A stretch of DNA of 63,949 bases, counting the filler, from Blastocystis sp. subtype 4 (taxonomy: Eukaryota), in NCBI RefSeq assembly GCF_000743755.1. It is 4 parts of 4 records of this genome, joined end to end, with 100 filler letters (N's around TTAATTAATTAA, not from the genome) between each part and the next. Parts side by side here need not be neighbours in the genome. Positions count along the whole stretch, not along the records: positions 1 to 16,310 come from NW_014569305.1; 3 more parts are not named here. One strand, given 5' to 3'. A program made the translations under genes and the position numbers. Every line of letters starts with the position of its first letter. Positions within the stretch are counted from its first letter, which is position 1. Positions 1 through 11,582 of the stretch are shown here, in pieces. The notes under the pieces are model-generated. The model did no database searches, was not told the origin of the DNA, and saw only the letters and a list, made by a program, of their open reading frames with translations.

Positions 1-177
1 GAACATCGTACCACTCCTTCTTTGCCATTGTATCGATCACCTTCTTTCCCTTTCCCTTCTTGTTGATCTTCTTCTGAGTCTTGCCTACAAAATCGGTTAG
101 AATAACATTCGAATGGAAATTTATTATCTAGGATGACTTCAAATGCTCCAGTCAGTCACAAACATACCAATAGCCAT
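1..177 (-). CDS. RPS3A: 40S ribosomal protein eS1/S3a, 5' part (runs off the window)
   Basis: ATG at 177 and an 83-nt GT-AG intron (167-85). Spliced translation MAIGKTQKKINKKGKGKKVIDTMAKKEWYDV matches the eS1 N-terminus. Absent from the ORF track. Confidence 0.9.
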
Positions 178-458
178 TTTGAGACACAACTATTCTAACA
201 ACCAATTGACCAAGAAAACAATTAGGTCAATCAAATGAAGGGCCCTAAATAAAAAGCTAATTATACCTAAATAGGGCCTAATACTTCAATTATTGGTATT
301 ATGGAATAGAGGCGTTGACTGATTTGAAATAGTATATCAAAAACTAAGGAGGGATCGAGAGACTGGTACGAAATATAACACGACATCGTGGTCAGAATGA
401 TCTTTAATTCCATCTTTATTTCTCAAATTGAACTCATTGATAGTATTTACTACCTGTA

Positions 459-2689
459 ATGAGTTTATTGAGAGGACTGTGTCTTATTTGTTGCTTATAC
501 GTGTTGACACTCTTTTATCAGGTGATTTTTAGTAGAGTAGATATCATTTCTAGAGTAGATATAGCTCCTCGCAGAATTTCTCGTCTTTTAGAGTAGATGA
601 GTTTCCTTTACCCAATCCAACTGTATTTCAATCTATTGGTAACAACGCTAATGTTGTTGTTAACCCGAATGGAAAAAAAGAAAAGCTTGAACAAGTAATA
701 CGCAGTGCTGAGTCAATGTGGATCACGAAATTCAATTCAACGTTGGTAACTGATACCAGCGAGCTGAATAAACTGACTGGAGTCGAGCCCACGATTTCTG
801 CTTCATCTTCTGTATCTGAAGATGTAAACGATAGTTCAGCTTTAGCTGAACAAGTAGTGGATTCAGACCAGCCAAATGGAACTATGTCTGTTGTGGAGGA
901 TCTGGCTAAGCGAGGTGAGGAAGTAGAGGATTCAAATCAACATGTGGGAAAACAGAACACGAACTTTGTCAATGAGCAAACTGCAGAAGAGGCTACGGAA
1001 AGAGATGATAAAGTTTCTGAACAAACTGCTGCTGATACTGATAAGCAGAAGGATGAAGAGGTTATCAAGGAGGATGAGTCTTCTAAGCAGACTAGTGAAA
1101 GGGCTTCTGAACAAACTACAGACAAAGCTGATAATCGGGATGATGATAAGGTTATCGAGGAGGATGAGGTCTCTGAACAGACTAGTGGAGAGGCCCTTGA
1201 ACGAACTGATAAACTGGATAAAGAGACTTCTGAACAATCTGAAGAAGAGGATGATAACACTCCTGATCAAACTACCGATGAGACTACTGAACAGGATGAT
1301 GAACAGACTTCTGGAAAAACTACGGATGCTTCTGAACAGACTACTGAAGAATCTAATATAGAGACTTCGGATCAATCTGAAGATCCTACTCCTTCCAAAG
1401 TCGATTCAATGAACCTGTCAACAAAAGACCCATCCAGTAAATCGCAGAAGAATACTACAAAGCCTGTCAAATCAAAGCGAAAAGCAAAAAGTACTCGACC
1501 TAAATTCGGATCACGATTCGTATTCAGCAAGAAAGGTTCATCTGTTCAAAATGTGGTTCTAGATCTGACCATTCCAGCCATTCCTCCTCCTCCATCATCT
1601 ACTGGTCGTCTATCTCTTGTTCTCTTCACTACAGCAGATGCTTCCCACGTATGACTACCAAACTAGCTTTGATTTTAGTTTTACCCAGAGTTGAAAGTTC
1701 TGAATATTCTGCAAATGTTTGACTTATTTCAACGCGAATTCAATTTTAAAGGGATTGTCTTCACACACACACCATCCATTCGGAATGCTGCCACTAAACT
1801 CCATATTCAAGTAATCTCAGATTTCCCGTAGTTTCTCTTTATCTTTGTAATATAGAGTGAATCGTTATCATATGCCAATTGTTGGGGCTATGTATACGAA
1901 GGCTGTAGAACTGTTTGATAGTGAGTATTATGGTTATATCAACAGTGATATCCTTGTATCTGTGAATCTCTTCGAACTATTAGAACTGTGTAGATTGAAT
2001 GCAGAACAAGGAAATATCAACTTACGAGTAATGATTGGATCAGAGATTGATTGTTTAGCATGAAATTGCTGGTCGTGTGAGTGAAGTACCCAGTTATGAT
2101 AAACTTATCGCAACAGACTTAGTAGCATATACCAAGTATTTGAGAAACCTATCAAGACAAGTGAAAGCCTTACGACATGGCCACTCTGCTGTAGATGAAG
2201 AGTGATGGTATTATGAATAGGATTACTTCATCTTTTCACGATATTTCAACTTCTCTGATTACAAGCCCGTAGTTATTGGAAGAAAGAAAGTTGATAACTA
2301 TTTGTTATGGATTCCTCATCAATCTCCTGTGACTACGGAGGATTTGAAGTATACTCGGAATCGATGGAAAACCAAAGGGCATTTGATCGATACATCGTAT
2401 GCTGGTATGAAAGAAAGATGAGTTTGATTACTAGTTCGAGGAATTCATCTTGGATACGATAATTACCTCAGTCGTGAGATTCGAGATCGTTTAGGAGCAT
2501 CTGACAAATACTGGAATCTGAAGTACTTCACCAACATTGATGGACATCATGCTTCGTTAATGTATTCTCATTATACATTCCGTAGGATTTTCATCTTAAT
2601 TGTAATTGGAAGGGTATTATCGAGGAGCGTTAAATGTAAACTATATAACAAAACTGAAGAAGAATCGTGAACGATATAGACAGAAATAG
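459..2689 (+). CDS. Type II membrane protein with acidic low-complexity stem and putative GT-A glycosyltransferase-like C-terminal domain
   Basis: Hydrophobic N-terminus MSLLRGLCLICCLYVLTLFYQ spliced into ORF 716-1654 (E/D/T/S-rich). Later exons carry YYGYINSDIL, DYFIF and VIGRKKVDNYLL. TAG at 2687-2689. Confidence 0.6.
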
Positions 2690-2713
2690 AATGAGATTTG
2701 TTACAAACACAAA

Positions 2714-3780
2714 TACAAATGAAAGGTATTTTGATATACATCTCGGTCTAAAAGGTCATTGAGTTGTTCATCGGAACTAGGAATGACAGAATCCATGGAT
2801 AAAGCGAAGAAACCCTCTTTTCGGATCAAAGACTTGGGCTTCTCCAACGAAGGCAAGCACAGTCGAACTATATATTTGCAGATTGATACTTCTTCCACAG
2901 AACGAAACTGAACTGGCTACAACTAACTCATCATCCTCTCTTCTACCATTCGGACATCACAAGACTCAAATCGGACCTCTGTCTGTCTGGGTAATTGTGT
3001 CTCATCACACATCTGACCGTTGCTATATGTTAAGTAGTAGTATGGCTTTGGAGGGGTTACTGACATATCTAAAGCATAAAAGCCACTCCTTTCCTCATCA
3101 TATGAACCTAAACTCCACACCAACTCAAGATCATTTGGAACACCAGCCATTTTTGAGTGATATTGCTCGATGACATCTTTGTGGCGATATCGATAACTCC
3201 AATAACCTGTAGTACGTGTCGGAATTGGAGAAGAAGCAAATATTTCGTTTAGATGTTCATCCATTTCTTCACGAGGAATCGGAAACATGTCAGCAATTTC
3301 ATCTTCATCATAATCCTCAAAATCTTCGGGACTGTCATCTTCTCCGAACTCCTCTTCTTCAATTTGCTTCTGCACATAGTAACCCAAGTGACTTTTGCAG
3401 ACATCACATACTACAAACGAAAATTGATATTCAGGGAAATGAGGACACTTCTGCTTTTCGTTTGCAATGGTTGTTTCGTTCGCAATGTTGTCTACATACA
3501 AAAGTCGTTTTCCCTTCCACACTTTCTACAAGTTACTCTTCCTGACAATAAGAAGTACGGATGAGTCGAATGATTCAATCGGTATCTTGACATCTCCTTT
3601 TTGTTTACCCAGAATACTCATAGAATCGGCTCCCACTGCATGTCGTTCAACAATATTTGTAAGATTAGTGATTACGGATCCGCAAACTCGACAATAGAAA
3701 TGAACAGGATTCTCTTCGTTTAAATGTGAAGAACAGACAGAAAGAACCAATAAAATTGCAACGAGAAAGAAATACCTCAT
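2714..3780 (-). CDS. Secreted/ER protein with a CULT/yippee-like Zn domain and an OS-9-like MRH (PRKCSH) domain
   Basis: Signal peptide MRYFFLVAILLVLSVCSS; CRVC...HFPEYQFSFVVCDVCKSHLGYY; GYWSYRY, YSNGQMCDETQLPRQTEVRF, EEVSICKY. Stop probably completed by poly(A) at 2714 (genomic TAA at 2701). Confidence 0.65.
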
Positions 3781-3823
3781 TGAAAAAGGATCCTGTGAAC
3801 AAACAAGAGAAAAGACGTTGGTG

Positions 3824-4916
3824 TTACCATAACACTACTTTGGTAGTATTGTGGATCACTCCATTGTGCAAGTATTTCATATATACTTGGACTAAATCCT
3901 CTCGAGTATACTTCAATCCAAGAACATTCAACTTCGTGTCATTCCTATCATTCACTTGAAATTCAATTTATACTCTTTTGTATCGATAATTATGGTTGTT
4001 ACATTCGATAGATCAAGGGCTCCCTCTTCAGCCAACTTCCAAATACGATTAGGAACACCAACTGCTATTGGTGTATACCGCTGCAATGCTTTCTTCTATT
4101 GTTTACCCCTATTTCTCTTCCCTACCTGCTCATCCATCTTCAGATGTTTACTAAACAACTTTGGAATAAAAATACCAAACGACGACAAATGTCTACATAA
4201 TATATAAATACCAAATCGACTTGAGGAGTTCAGTACAACGTATTGCAGACATACAGAAGATGAGAACCAAGGGACTACATGATATCTCATATGATAAAAG
4301 TACCTTCCATTCTTTGCATCCTTTCGTTTCTGGACGTATTGACGCTTCCAATCAGGATTGACCTCTTTAATTCGACGAACTAGCATATCATCAGAATGAG
4401 GGAGAGCAAAGGACTGAAGATAATCCTCCACAAAAGGAAATTCTATTCCATACTCGGTAAACCGGTTATCTGCATTTTCCATCACAACAAATGACCAGAA
4501 ATAAGCTGCTTGCTCCATCGGGGACATTTTCTCAGGATCAAAGACGATCTTGTTCAGCTCATTTCGTTCTTTACGGCGTCTCTAGAGTAAACCGGTTATT
4601 CACAACACTACTTTCAGTTCTGCAAACTTCTCCTTCTTCTTAGCCAAGGCTTCTACAAGATCACTCAATAAATGAAACCAAACCAGGAGTTCGATTCCTC
4701 TTCTTCTGACCTGTCGGTTTATCCTCCGTCTGTTGATTCTCTTCCTCTTCGTTACTTGCAACTGGAGGAATAGTGGGACTTTCCTTTTCTTCTTCATCTA
4801 CAGTACGAGATACAGCAGCTTCAGCATCTGGAATGGTATAAACGTCATCTTCCGAATCAGCTGTGAATTCTAGTATTGAAACAATAAGTACACAATAAAC
4901 TCTTGAATAGACTCAT
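3824..4916 (-). CDS. CMSS1: Cms1/CMSS1-like 90S pre-ribosome factor
   Basis: Spliced translation includes NGSPLVLIFCMSAIRCTELLK, IPKLFSKHLKMDEQ and IAVGVPNRIWKLAEEGALDL. TAA at 3826-3824, followed by TGTTTGTT. Confidence 0.8.
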
Positions 4917-4983
4917 TATCGCCCGCCTTGTGAAAACAGCACAAATGATTCTGTTTATAACGAATACTTGGAAGAAACATTCA

Positions 4984-5594
4984 AGGATGAACCAGAAAGA
5001 TATTTATCAATGCATGAAGTAGGATCTCTTAAAATGGTATACTTTGTAAAAGACTGAAGTTTCTTCTTTTCGATTGAGTCAATAATCCATTGGGGATCAA
5101 TTATTCGTGCTTTTGAATTCTATTCAATACAACCACTCAGTGCAGTACTTTGAGAAAATGCTGTTCTTTTGAGAAACATAGATTCTTGGCAATAATGATA
5201 CTGACATTGGAAGCGGAATAGAAGTGCTCAACATCACCTCCATGGGTTCTTACCAATTCTACAAGTTCTAATCTCGTTTTCTCGCCGAGGAATCCATCGA
5301 AATAGAACGAATATCCGGCGAAAAGGGCTGATATGACTGGTTTACTATCTACAGTTGACGATATAACCATGGTCTACTCTTGATATACCCATTGATAAAC
5401 TTTTTCCATTCATCAGTTTTCCTACTAGTCACTATGAAGCGATGTCATTACTCCCAATGCATGCTATTGCTTGCAGGTTGTTTCTTGAATAGGGATGTAG
5501 GTTTCAATAGCATATTCTGCTGTTTCGATGAGGAGGGTTTCAGTGTCTTTCTCTCCTTTCGACCCTCTTTCTTGCTTCTAATATACTTGTCCAT
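4984..5594 (-). CDS. Small stand-alone BRCT-domain protein (REV1-type BRCT)
   Basis: LFAGYSFYFDGF...LVELVRTHGGDVEHFYSASNVSIIIAKNL...IIDPQWIIDSIEKKKLQSFTKY, with three ~30-nt introns. Stop probably poly(A)-generated at 4984. Confidence 0.7.
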
Positions 5595-5863
5595 TGAAAT
5601 ATAATCGAGCTGTACCTTTAGAAATGAATAACAACTCCTATTCGAACTCATGATTATTCCCACCTTTTCTTCTGTATCGCTATCAGTTCTCCAATGCAAT
5701 TTAGAAATGGAATAATAGCGATCTAGTGTTATAAGATGTGTGTATCCCCTAAATTCACCAGTGCAGATTGTTCGTTCCTTAGAATGATGTTGCAACCTTG
5801 GGGTAATCCCTAGGACAGATCCTTCGTGAAGGATATAGTTGTATAATATCATCACTTCTTTCT

Positions 5864-6891
5864 ATGTCTTTTACTGTTTTCTGTCGATCATTTTCTCATT
5901 CTTTCAAGGTAGATGTGCTATTAAATACAATATTCATTAGGGAGCAAAGGTTGCCGTTATTGGTGCCTCAGGTGGGATCGGACAGCCTCTTTCTCTTCTC
6001 CTGAAGATGAATCGTTATATTAAGAATCTTTCCCTTTATGATTTGCATCGACCTCCAGGTGTTGCTGTTGATTTGTCTCACATTAATACTCCCTGTGAGG
6101 TTGTGGGACTGCGAGGAGAATCCAACCTGCCTAAAATTCTAGATGGAAGTAATATCGTTATTATTCCTGCGGGTGTTCCTCGAAAGCCTGGAATGACTCG
6201 AGATGACCTGTTTGCATGTAATGCACAGATATCTGTGAAATTAGCTAGTTACTGTGCAGATTACTGCCCAGATGCAATGATTCTGTTAATCACGAATCCC
6301 ATCAACTCCCTCATTCCCTTGTATGATGAAGTATTCAGACGGAAGGGAATTGATGCAGGAAATAGATTAATTGGACTGACCATTCTGGATACGATTCGGG
6401 CATCAACCTTTGTAGGAGAAGCTCTAGGAATTTCACCTGATTTCTGTAATGTGCCTGTTGTCGGAGGTCACGCAGGAACAACTATTATTCCCCTATTGTC
6501 ACAATTGCAATCGGGTCTCATTTCTGAGATTGATGTTCCTGGGATCACAAAACGAATTCAGTATGCAGGAGACGAAGTAGTAGTTGCAAAAGAAGGAGGA
6601 GGTTCAGCCACTTTGGCCATGGCGTATGCTGCTGCAACTTTTACGGCTTCTGCATTACGAGCGATGGATGGAGAGAAGAATGTGATTGAGCCAGGCTTCG
6701 TTCGACAAGATTTCCGAGAATGCAAGTACTTTTCATCGCTTTTACGACTTGGCATTAATGGTGTGGAGGAGCCAATTCCATTACCAACTCGATTGACTAG
6801 TTTCGAAAAGAGCGAGTTATCTGCGGCAATCCCTTCGTTATTAAAACAGGCTAAGAGAGGAATTGATTTTGCTAAAAATGCCACTCTTTGA
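5864..6891 (+). CDS. MDH2: Malate dehydrogenase, mitochondrial type (probably MRO-targeted)
   Basis: Presequence-like exon MSFTVFCRSFSHSFK, 32-nt intron 5909-5940, then KVAVIGASGGIGQPLSLLLK, PAGVPRKPGMTRDDLF and VVGGHAG. Confidence 0.93.
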
Positions 6892-6913
6892 ATGTGTTTA
6901 CAACAAATACCAT

Positions 6914-7407
6914 ACCGTTGTACCTTCAACATGCGTTCGCGAAACGAAGCCAAAAATTTATCTTTCCATGTTAGTGTCACCGGAGGATGACAATCATGGT
7001 CTTCTTTATAGCGATGACGGAGACAAAACTCCTTCCCACAAGCTTCACATTTATATACATTGACAAGAGAAAGCTTCTCTTTGCATCCAGGTACAGGACA
7101 ACGACGGACAGTCTTTTTCAGACGCGGATTACAGTTAAATCGTATATGTTCTTCCACCTATAAGGAATTTGGAACGAATAGCACATACTAGGATGCTTGT
7201 ATCAACATCTGGAAGTAACTGAATAGGTTGATCACATTTCGAACATATAATGACAGTATTATCGTTAGCATTTGCCTTTGGACATTTATGAGCATCTCGT
7301 TGTATATGTTCCAGACAGTAGTATTCATTACAACAGTTACATCGAAAGGGAAGAATATCCTTTTGTCGGCAATACGCACAATGTTTTCCCAGATCTTCAA
7401 ACTCCAT
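6914..7407 (-). CDS. Double AN1-type zinc-finger protein (ZFAND2/AIRAP-like)
   Basis: MEFEDLGKHCAYCRQKDILPFRCNCCNEYYCLEH, one intron, then CPVPGCKEKL...CEACGKEFCLRHRYKEDHDC. No genomic stop until 6558 (inside MDH); poly(A)-made stop inferred at 6914. Confidence 0.85.
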
Positions 7408-7510
7408 TGGAATTTGTATGAACTATAAAGTGATTTCCATACTTCTAGAACAAACATGATATTCGATTTCCTAACATATTTTACATAATGCATTAGAACC
7501 AAAGAACAAT

Positions 7511-10095
7511 TTAGGAGGATAAGGCAGACAATTCCATGAAAAAGCACTTCGTCATATGGATTTGAATAAGATCAATAACAACAACAACTGTCATCACTAG
7601 GAGAACAAAGGCGCAAACTAAGCTAAACATCGCTCCATACTCTTGATTGACTCTTATTGCAAATACATTTTGTTGGATTCGGTTTGCATCGTCATAGTAA
7701 TATGCACACGATGAAACTTCGTCCCCATGAGTACAACCCATATACAGAGTTGTTTCACTAGGATAATGCTGAAGAGAGTTTGGTTTCGATGATAATAAGG
7801 AGGTTGCAAACCATTTGGTCTTCAAAGAAGAGTCTATCAATGAATTAATGACACAACTCATACCAATTGAGTAGAAGCAGCTAAAGCAATGAGGAAGAAG
7901 AGAGCAAATTCGATCTGAAGAAACTAGTTCACAACCCTTGATATCGAAATTGAACACAAGATTGATGGAATATCCCTTGCTAGGATCGTGATTCACCGGT
8001 GTAAACATGAGCTATAATGAATTCAAGGAAAGAATCTCACTTTCAATGATTGCTGTTTCCGATGCTGGAGTTGAGGAGTGATTCGTGATATTAATTCTTC
8101 GCTACTTGCAGTAATAGAAGCATAGAAAGCAGAATGAGGAGGGATGGTATATCTTGAGAGATCGATAGAAATATGTTGGGTTTGATTCAGGAGGAAATAC
8201 GAAATAGTAAGAGAAGGGAATACTCCGTTGTTAAGTAATGCTGGGGCTTGAGAATCCAATATAGCCTCATAGGAACCTAAGAATGATGAATGCATGAAGA
8301 TCTCACTTGTATTGTTAAACATAGCAATCATTGAATCTGTGAAGTCACCATTTGTTACACCCATGGTAAAGTTGAATACAGATTGAGAGACTTCCATCAC
8401 TATAGAACATCCTTCAGTATTAGATCCAAAACACACTCCTTCACAATTTTTGTCAGAATTCGCAATATGACCTATAATGAATAATATAGAAGAAGAATAC
8501 CTGAAGTACCTCCACTACAAACACCACAATCATCAAGTACTGCAAACCCTGAACAAATATTCATACAATCCAGTTCCTATTACTGATCCATTCAGAAACA
8601 TAAGTACTTCACGAGAACAACAAATGTAAGAAAAAGAATTCCAACTGTACCCAGCCACCATAGTTCCATTACATGTCCCTTCACAATCAATATTGACAGG
8701 GAGACAACAAACACCATTCTTATCACGAATCTGAATTTAAGAGAAGACGATAACTGTACCTCATCAATGGAACACTCATTCTTAGGTTGACCATAAACAA
8801 CCCCATCAACTCCAACACACTGATTTGACTCTTCTTGAGTACTGTTATGGATACATATTCCACACAAATCACAAGAACCATTCTCTTCACAAGCATCCGG
8901 ATTGATGGTAGGGATCGTCGATCCTATTGCATAGACTCGAATGAAGGAATCAGAAGTGGTTCGAATGTTTGACCATGAGGAAAGAAGTGGAGAGAAGACA
9001 CTATGAGTAACAGTCAAGTCGGATACGAACGAGAGAGTTACTGAATACAACCGAGACCCTGAAAAAATGTCAGTGAAGTTAGGTGTGACGCAGAGAAGTT
9101 GAGAAGAAGAGATTCGTCTGGAGGTGAAATCATTCATTCATACATACATAACAGAAGTGGCAGTAATGGCTCCAAATTCACAGCGAAGATACTCCACAGG
9201 TAGCTGAGGGTCCAGCCAAGAGAAGGAGACAGTGATGTTGGTAGGGATATTCTGAAGGACAGTAGAGGGAGTTACACACAATTCTGTTGGAGCCAAGAAG
9301 AAGTATGCAACATCGTTGAAAATGAAAGTTTGACTGGACTGTTGTTTGCGGTAAATCGTAGCAAAATGCGAAGCTGGAAGGTAGTTTCCCATTAATGAAG
9401 TGTCCCTTGGAGTCAAATGGAAGATTCAGAGGTACCAATCATCTTCTCCAGATGAGAGATAGGTTGAACGTGTGCTATAGTTGGAATAGCGATAAAAGGG
9501 ACGAATACCCACCAAACCACTCCCCACAAAAGGATACGAAAACTGCTTATAACAAAAGACAATAGAGCCACTTTCATGAATTACAACCATGAACGAAGTT
9601 AGATTCGTGTAACGACTGTTATATACATTCTCCCAAACAACGATCAACCGATGGGGCTCAATACGATACCGAATCGATGCAACACTAGAAGATATAGGAT
9701 ACTGGAAGTGAGTCAATCCCAGAATCACCTACTAGATCACAGAGATATGGAGCAATAAAAGCTTCATAGTGGTACGTCTTAATCGTACAACCATCTTCGG
9801 AGAAATAGGAATGACATGGAAATCCAGGTTTAAGAGAAATATACCCATTAGGCGTAATCCATACTGCATGCACCTGCTTGTCATAAAAACGAAACGAAAA
9901 CTAGAAATCACTTCAATCTGTAACTCTCACGGGAAGAAGGATTTTTTCAAAAGGGACGTCATCCGTGTGTACTACAAAGGATTCATTCATCGAACTGGAT
10001 GACACATCAATGGGATCGATGCTACGAGCAATCTCCACATATTGAATCCCAGTACAAAGGCAAAAGATGATCACAAACAGAGACTCGTGAATCAT
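7511..10095 (-). CDS. Large single-pass surface glycoprotein with NIDO/PLXDC-like domain, IPT-like segment and Cys-rich repeats
   Basis: Signal peptide; WITPNGYISL, FIAPYLCDL, LIVVWENV, FMVVIHESGSIVFCYK; DDCGVC-type repeats; C-terminal TM AMFSLVCAFVLLVMTVVVVI. Multi-exon. Confidence 0.55.
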
Positions 10096-10136
10096 TCTGC
10101 TTCATTCGCTGTCGACAGTTTCATTAAAACTTGTGT

Positions 10137-11570
10137 ATGAGACTAATAGGGAAGATATCGGTACGAGGACCATTCGGACCACAAGACAATGATAAGATTA
10201 TGAAAATTCTTGATAGTCATCCCTTTAACGTTGAACTCATGAGTTGCCTTCCCTTCGTTCAACGTGGTGAGAAGAAAATTGAGCCTGTCAAACGGTTAGA
10301 GAACGTATTATTTGGTTGTTTCATGAGTAGTTTCATGGATGAAGAAGATGATGAATCGTTTGTTTCTTTTGCCTCAACAAAGACAGATTCCTTTAATGAT
10401 AGAATTCTGTCGACTCCATATGGTTTTCATTATCGCATTCATGGACCTTCGTGGTTACTGTTAACTGTGCGTTTTTCGTATTATTTGTAAACTATAGGAA
10501 CCTTTTTATTCCTCTTACATTTCATCACCTCAAGGATTGGTTATTCAAACTGTAAATACTCCAGTAGCATCTTGTAATTCTTTTTCGATTATTGGAGGCA
10601 AGTTTCTCATTCTGAAGTTGGACAAATCAAGTTATCAGCGTTTGGGAATTGCTGCAAAGCACGCAGACTTCAGGTTGATTAGCGAAAATGTATACTTGAG
10701 CATTGTACCTCTTCGCAAATTGTCATCAACCAGTAAGAGTCTCCAGCGGATTCGTGAGTGTCTCCAGGAAGTAATAGTATTTGAATGAAGTAATATAAAG
10801 ATTTGCCCTTTAACAATGGATGTATTCTCCTTCAATCGTGAGGTTCTGTTCTCGCTTGAATTCAAAGTGGAAAAAATTCTTAATACTGTATCTAAGAAGA
10901 AGGCTACGACAGTTTCAATTCCAGTCGTTGAGGTACAACAATTGACAACCGCTATCCAGCCCATTCGTTCGTCAATTTCTTCTAAACGAGAAGAAGAGAT
11001 CCAGAACCAGCTTTTTAGTGCTCAGATGGTATTTATTAAGAAACGATGATTAGATAGAATCGTCAGGAGGTTATTGGAGGGTTTTTGGACTGGATTGGAT
11101 GTGCGGAAGCTTCTAGTTTATCAATGAGTATAGATAACACAATTCATTCAATTCTAGATATGGGACTAGCAGAAGATCTTTCTGGATTTCGTCTTCCTTC
11201 ATGTTTTCACTACATCGATGGAAATGAATTCAATTTTGTGAATGTCTACAAGAGTAGCGGGTATTTCTCTTCAGAAGCGATTCTCCAGTAATATCGCTTG
11301 TTTCGGGTTATTCATAGACACCTTGATTTTCTCAAGAGTCATGTCAATTCTGGAAAGAGTCCTTTCGCAACTTTATCTGTCTATGGAAGTAATTGGAGTG
11401 CAGGTAGATGTTTTAATATGATCTTATTTTAAGTCCAATGGATTGTTGGTTCGACTGTTTCCGAGTTCAATTATCTTCAAGATGATGATGCCCATTTGGT
11501 GTTTCTTGTTTTTCCTAATTCTTTGCTCTATATCGTGATACTGGCTTCTGATATGGAAACGAGATTGTAA
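10137..11570 (+). CDS. RPP40: RNase P/MRP subunit Rpp40-like
   Basis: ILDSHPFNVEL, FLILKLDKSSYQRLGI, DWIGC and PFATLSVYG resemble Rpp40 motifs. Multi-exon; TAA at 11568-11570. Confidence 0.6.
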
Positions 11571-11582
11571 GAAACATGTCTT

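Noticed and set aside
239..282. AGGGCCCTAA/AGGGCCTAA pair upstream of RPS3A as a ribosomal-protein promoter element
   Set aside because: Not seen upstream of the other four RP genes.
932..1375. Overlapping long ORFs in other frames and strands of the acidic stem
   Set aside because: Shadow ORFs of low-complexity E/D/S/T coding sequence. The same applies at 32604-34056 and 36160-36685.
6558..6900. Long antisense coding overlap between the AN1 gene and MDH
   Set aside because: Better explained by a poly(A)-created stop at 6914.
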